The position numbers were made by a program, and so were the translations under genes. This document shows positions 61,065 to 64,000 of a DNA stretch of 64,000 bases, in pieces. The notes under the pieces are model-generated. The model was not told the origin of the DNA, did not search any database, and was given only the letters and a program-made list of their open reading frames with translations. How positions within the stretch are numbered: position 1 is the stretch's first letter; each line of letters starts with the position of its first letter. The stretch is from an uncultured Veillonella sp. GTDB taxonomy: Bacteria > Bacillota > Negativicutes > Veillonellales > Veillonellaceae. The DNA lies in assembly GCF_963522475.1 (NCBI RefSeq), contig NZ_CAUQYW010000010.1, forward strand, positions 471-64,470. The letters are read 5' to 3'.

Positions 61065-61313
61065 TTCACCTTACATCAGTAGTATACTATACAGTTTTAA
61101 ATAATCTATAAACCATATTAAGATTAAAATATAGAAAATGCATATATAAAACACTTTATTAACTATATCTCAAATCTAGTACTACATATATATCATAGAA
61201 ATTTAAGATACCAATGAAATAAAATCTCCACTATCAACTCTAAGAAAACATATATATTTAAACTTCAGATTTATTAGAGTTAATAATGGAGACTTTAATA
61301 AAAGTATTTAATT

Positions 61314-62486
61314 TTAACAGTTATGATATACACCAATATGGCATTCTTTACGCTTAGCACCAACTATGTATAAATACGTGTAACCAATGATTGCAGAAAT
61401 AATAGAGCCTATTAATACACCACCCTTAGCCATCTCTTGAGCATGACCGGGATCAAATGCTAGAACAGAAACAAAGATACTCATGGTAAAACCAATACCA
61501 CATACAATCGAAGTACCATAAATGAATTTCCAATTAGATTCTGCTGGCATAGGTACAATCCCTAATTTAATCATACCAAACATAGCACCAAAGATACCGA
61601 TTTGTTTCCCTAAAATAAGACCTAGTGCAACACCTAAAACAACTGGATGCGTTAAATCGGCTAGACCAAATCCACCAAGATTTACACCTGCATTAAAAAA
61701 TGCAAAGATAGGAACAATAACAAAACTTACCCAATTAGATAGATAATGTTCCCAATGTTGCATTGGTCTAACATATTTACGACCAATTTTACCACGTTCA
61801 GGAATCGTCATTGCCAAAATTACACCTGCCATAGTAGCATGTAATCCAGAGCGAAGAATACAATACCATAAAATAATACCAAGGATGATATACGATAAAG
61901 ATCTAACATAACCAGAACGGTTACAATAAATCAATAAACCCGTTACAATAACGGCTGCAACTAAATAGAAAAGATTAAGATTTGATGCATAAAATATAGC
62001 AATAACAATAATAGCAATCAAATCATCAATAACAGCTAAGGCTGTCAAAAATACCTTCATAGAATTAGGCACTCTAGAGCCCAATGCCGTTATAACACCT
62101 ATAGCAAAAGCAATATCCGTAGCTGTTGGAATAGCCCAACCATGAACATAAACTTCACTAGAACCAGCTATAAGATAGTAAATAATGGCAGGTACTAAAA
62201 CACCAAATAGTGCAGCAATGCCAGGCATAATACGCTTAGCATTCGTATTGAGTTCGCCACTCACTAATTCACGCTTTACTTCTAACCCTACAAAGAGGAA
62301 AAAAATAGCCATTAAGGCATCATTAACCCACTCCATAGTTGTTAATGGACCTAATTTTAAAGTAACCAGTGACATATACTGTGTCACTAATGGAGAGTTT
62401 GCTACGATTAAGGCAATAAGTGTAGATCCTAGTAAAACAGCTGTAGCCGAACCAGGAGAACGTAAAAATACAAATATTCGTTCCAT
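61314..62486 (-). CDS. nhaA: Na+/H+ antiporter NhaA (copy 2)
   Basis: WVNDALM, GLEVKRE, ATDIAF, VIDDL, LGKQ and CGIGFTMS. Confidence 0.95.
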   Translation of the reverse strand: MERIFVFLRSPGSATAVLLGSTLIALIVANSPLVTQYMSLVTLKLGPLTTMEWVNDALMAIFFLFVGLEVKRELVSGELNTNAKRIMPGIAALFGVLVPAIIYYLIAGSSEVYVHGWAIPTATDIAFAIGVITALGSRVPNSMKVFLTALAVIDDLIAIIVIAIFYASNLNLFYLVAAVIVTGLLIYCNRSGYVRSLSYIILGIILWYCILRSGLHATMAGVILAMTIPERGKIGRKYVRPMQHWEHYLSNWVSFVIVPIFAFFNAGVNLGGFGLADLTHPVVLGVALGLILGKQIGIFGAMFGMIKLGIVPMPAESNWKFIYGTSIVCGIGFTMSIFVSVLAFDPGHAQEMAKGGVLIGSIISAIIGYTYLYIVGAKRKECHIGVYHNC

Positions 62487-62514
62487 ATGATTCCTTCCTA
62501 ATATAATAAGTTCA

Positions 62515-63669
62515 TTATTTATGCTTAAGAGTTCTTATTTTATATGCCACAATTAAGACTATAGCACCTAATAAACCAGAAATAATAGAGCCTATAAAGA
62601 TACCTATTTTTGACATTTCTTGAGTTACACCTGGTGGAAATGCCAATGTAGCCACAAATAAACTCATAGTAAAACCAATACCACAAACAATGGCTGTACC
62701 ATAAACCTCTGGCCATGTTGTATTAGTAGGCATCTTAATAATCTTAGATTTAACTAAAACAAAAACGGCAGAGAAAATACCAAACTGTTTACCTAAAATA
62801 AGCCCCAGAGAAACACCTAGTACAACAGGATGGAATAAATGATCTGCTGAAACATCAGCAAAAGATACACCTGCATTTAAAAAACTAAACAAAGGAATAA
62901 TCAAAAAATTAACCCAATGTTTTAATTTATCTGCCCATTTATGCATAGGATATACTGTTTCACCATAAAGTTTGCCTGTTGCAGGAATAGTCATAGCTAA
63001 AACAACACCTGCAATGGTTGCATGAACACCAGACTTTAATACAAAGTACCAGAGAGCTGCACCTAATACACCATATAATACTGGTCTAACATATCCCTGT
63101 TTATTAGTATACCACAATGCACCTGTAACGACAGCAGCACCAATCAAGTATGGGAAATCAACACCAGCACCATAAAAGATAGCTATAACAATAATAGCAA
63201 TTAAATCATCTATAACCGCCAATGCAGAAAGAAATGCTTTCATAGCTTGTGATACACGCTTACCGAGCATCATAATTACACCTATAGCAAATGCAATATC
63301 AGTAGCCGTCGGAATCCCCCAACCATGAGTATACTCAGGCACAGATCCAGCAATTAAGAAATATACTAAAGCTGGTGTCACAACGCCTGCAAAAGCAGCT
63401 AATACTGGTAGTAGTCGTTTTGAATTTGTATTCAGCTCACCAGAAATCATTTCGGATTTAATTGCTAGCCCTACATATAGGAAGAAAAGAGCCATTAATC
63501 CATCATTTACCCACTCCAGTATATCCATAGGTCCCCAAAAGACATGCATTAAGGAGAAATACTGTTCTGCTAGCGGAGAATTTGCTGTAATAACACCAAG
63601 AATAGCGGCAAGTAAGAGCATAATACCGCCAGATGACTCAGACTGAATAAATGCTTTTATATAATTCAT
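62515..63669 (-). CDS. nhaA: Na+/H+ antiporter NhaA (copy 1)
   Basis: SESSGG, WVNDGLM, ATDIAF, VIDDL and CGIGFTMS; start ATG 63669. Confidence 0.94.
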   Translation of the reverse strand: MNYIKAFIQSESSGGIMLLLAAILGVITANSPLAEQYFSLMHVFWGPMDILEWVNDGLMALFFLYVGLAIKSEMISGELNTNSKRLLPVLAAFAGVVTPALVYFLIAGSVPEYTHGWGIPTATDIAFAIGVIMMLGKRVSQAMKAFLSALAVIDDLIAIIVIAIFYGAGVDFPYLIGAAVVTGALWYTNKQGYVRPVLYGVLGAALWYFVLKSGVHATIAGVVLAMTIPATGKLYGETVYPMHKWADKLKHWVNFLIIPLFSFLNAGVSFADVSADHLFHPVVLGVSLGLILGKQFGIFSAVFVLVKSKIIKMPTNTTWPEVYGTAIVCGIGFTMSLFVATLAFPPGVTQEMSKIGIFIGSIISGLLGAIVLIVAYKIRTLKHK

Positions 63670-63819
63670 AGTAACTACCACTTTCTAAATTATAAATATA
63701 AATACGGAATGTCATAAATAAAAACTATTTAATTAAATCAATTATATCATTTCATTTCGAAAATAATCAATAAACTAATGATGAAGCACGCTGATTAGAT
63801 ACATAAAGATTATAATAAC

Positions 63820-63999
63820 TTAATGATTAAATCCTCTAATTAAAGAAACAAAAAATACACCTAGGGGAATAGTTAAACAAATACCTGCTATAGTATTTGT
63901 AACTGGATTGGACCAAAGTGGCATAATAAATCCAAGTAATACTAAGGTACCACAACAGATTGGTGTACGCCAAACATGTTTTATCTCAGCCGATACTTT
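63820..63999 (-). CDS. 3' end of a hypothetical membrane protein (enters from the right edge)
   Basis: Open frame ...KVSAEIKHVWRTPICCGTLVLLGFIMPLWSNPVTNTIAGICLTIPLGVFFVSLIRGFNH* with two hydrophobic helices. Confidence 0.6.
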   Translation of the reverse strand, partial: KVSAEIKHVWRTPICCGTLVLLGFIMPLWSNPVTNTIAGICLTIPLGVFFVSLIRGFNH

Positions 64000-64000
64000 A

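Noticed and set aside
63670..63819. nhaA-I/II or fluoride riboswitch upstream of nhaA
   Set aside because: The leader is short, AT-rich and unstructured; no conserved motif is visible.
1..64000. CRISPR arrays, tRNA/rRNA genes, IS elements, prophage
   Set aside because: No regularly spaced repeats, cloverleaf motifs, transposase or phage genes were seen.

Overview
A chromosomal 64 kb segment of a low-GC diderm Firmicute (Negativicutes, most likely Veillonella; inferred from Bacillus-like gene order together with an LptD-like outer-membrane protein). Most genes lie on the minus strand. I found no rRNA, tRNA, CRISPR array, prophage or transposase. The right half keeps the conserved Firmicutes block purR-glmU-prs-pth / yaaO-tmk-holB-ricT-trmN6-rsmI-metG-tatD-yabE-rnmV-rsmA, interrupted by two cassettes: ppx-ppx'-ppk1 and mtaR-like LysR / MetE-C / msrAB. 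The left half holds galE-pgi, a bioY-yhfS-yhfT-like module with an extra MaoC-type gene, a lptD-galU envelope cluster with two uncharacterised secreted proteins, hypCDEF, a SCIFF/ranthipeptide pair (the 47-aa precursor is missing from the ORF track) and an iron locus. The best candidate for an unrecognised system is the iron locus. Directly downstream of feoAB sit a Cys-rich membrane peptide, a GXXXG small membrane protein and a P1B-6 ATPase (DFSCA / HNxxT motifs), with Fur-like sites upstream; this is the fezAB signature of ferrosome iron-storage organelles. Other leads are a catalytically degenerate Ppx translationally coupled to ppk1, a biotin-linked partial beta-oxidation module, and NhaA paralogues that differ in pH-sensor residues. 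All calls come from reading motifs by eye; no database searches were run.
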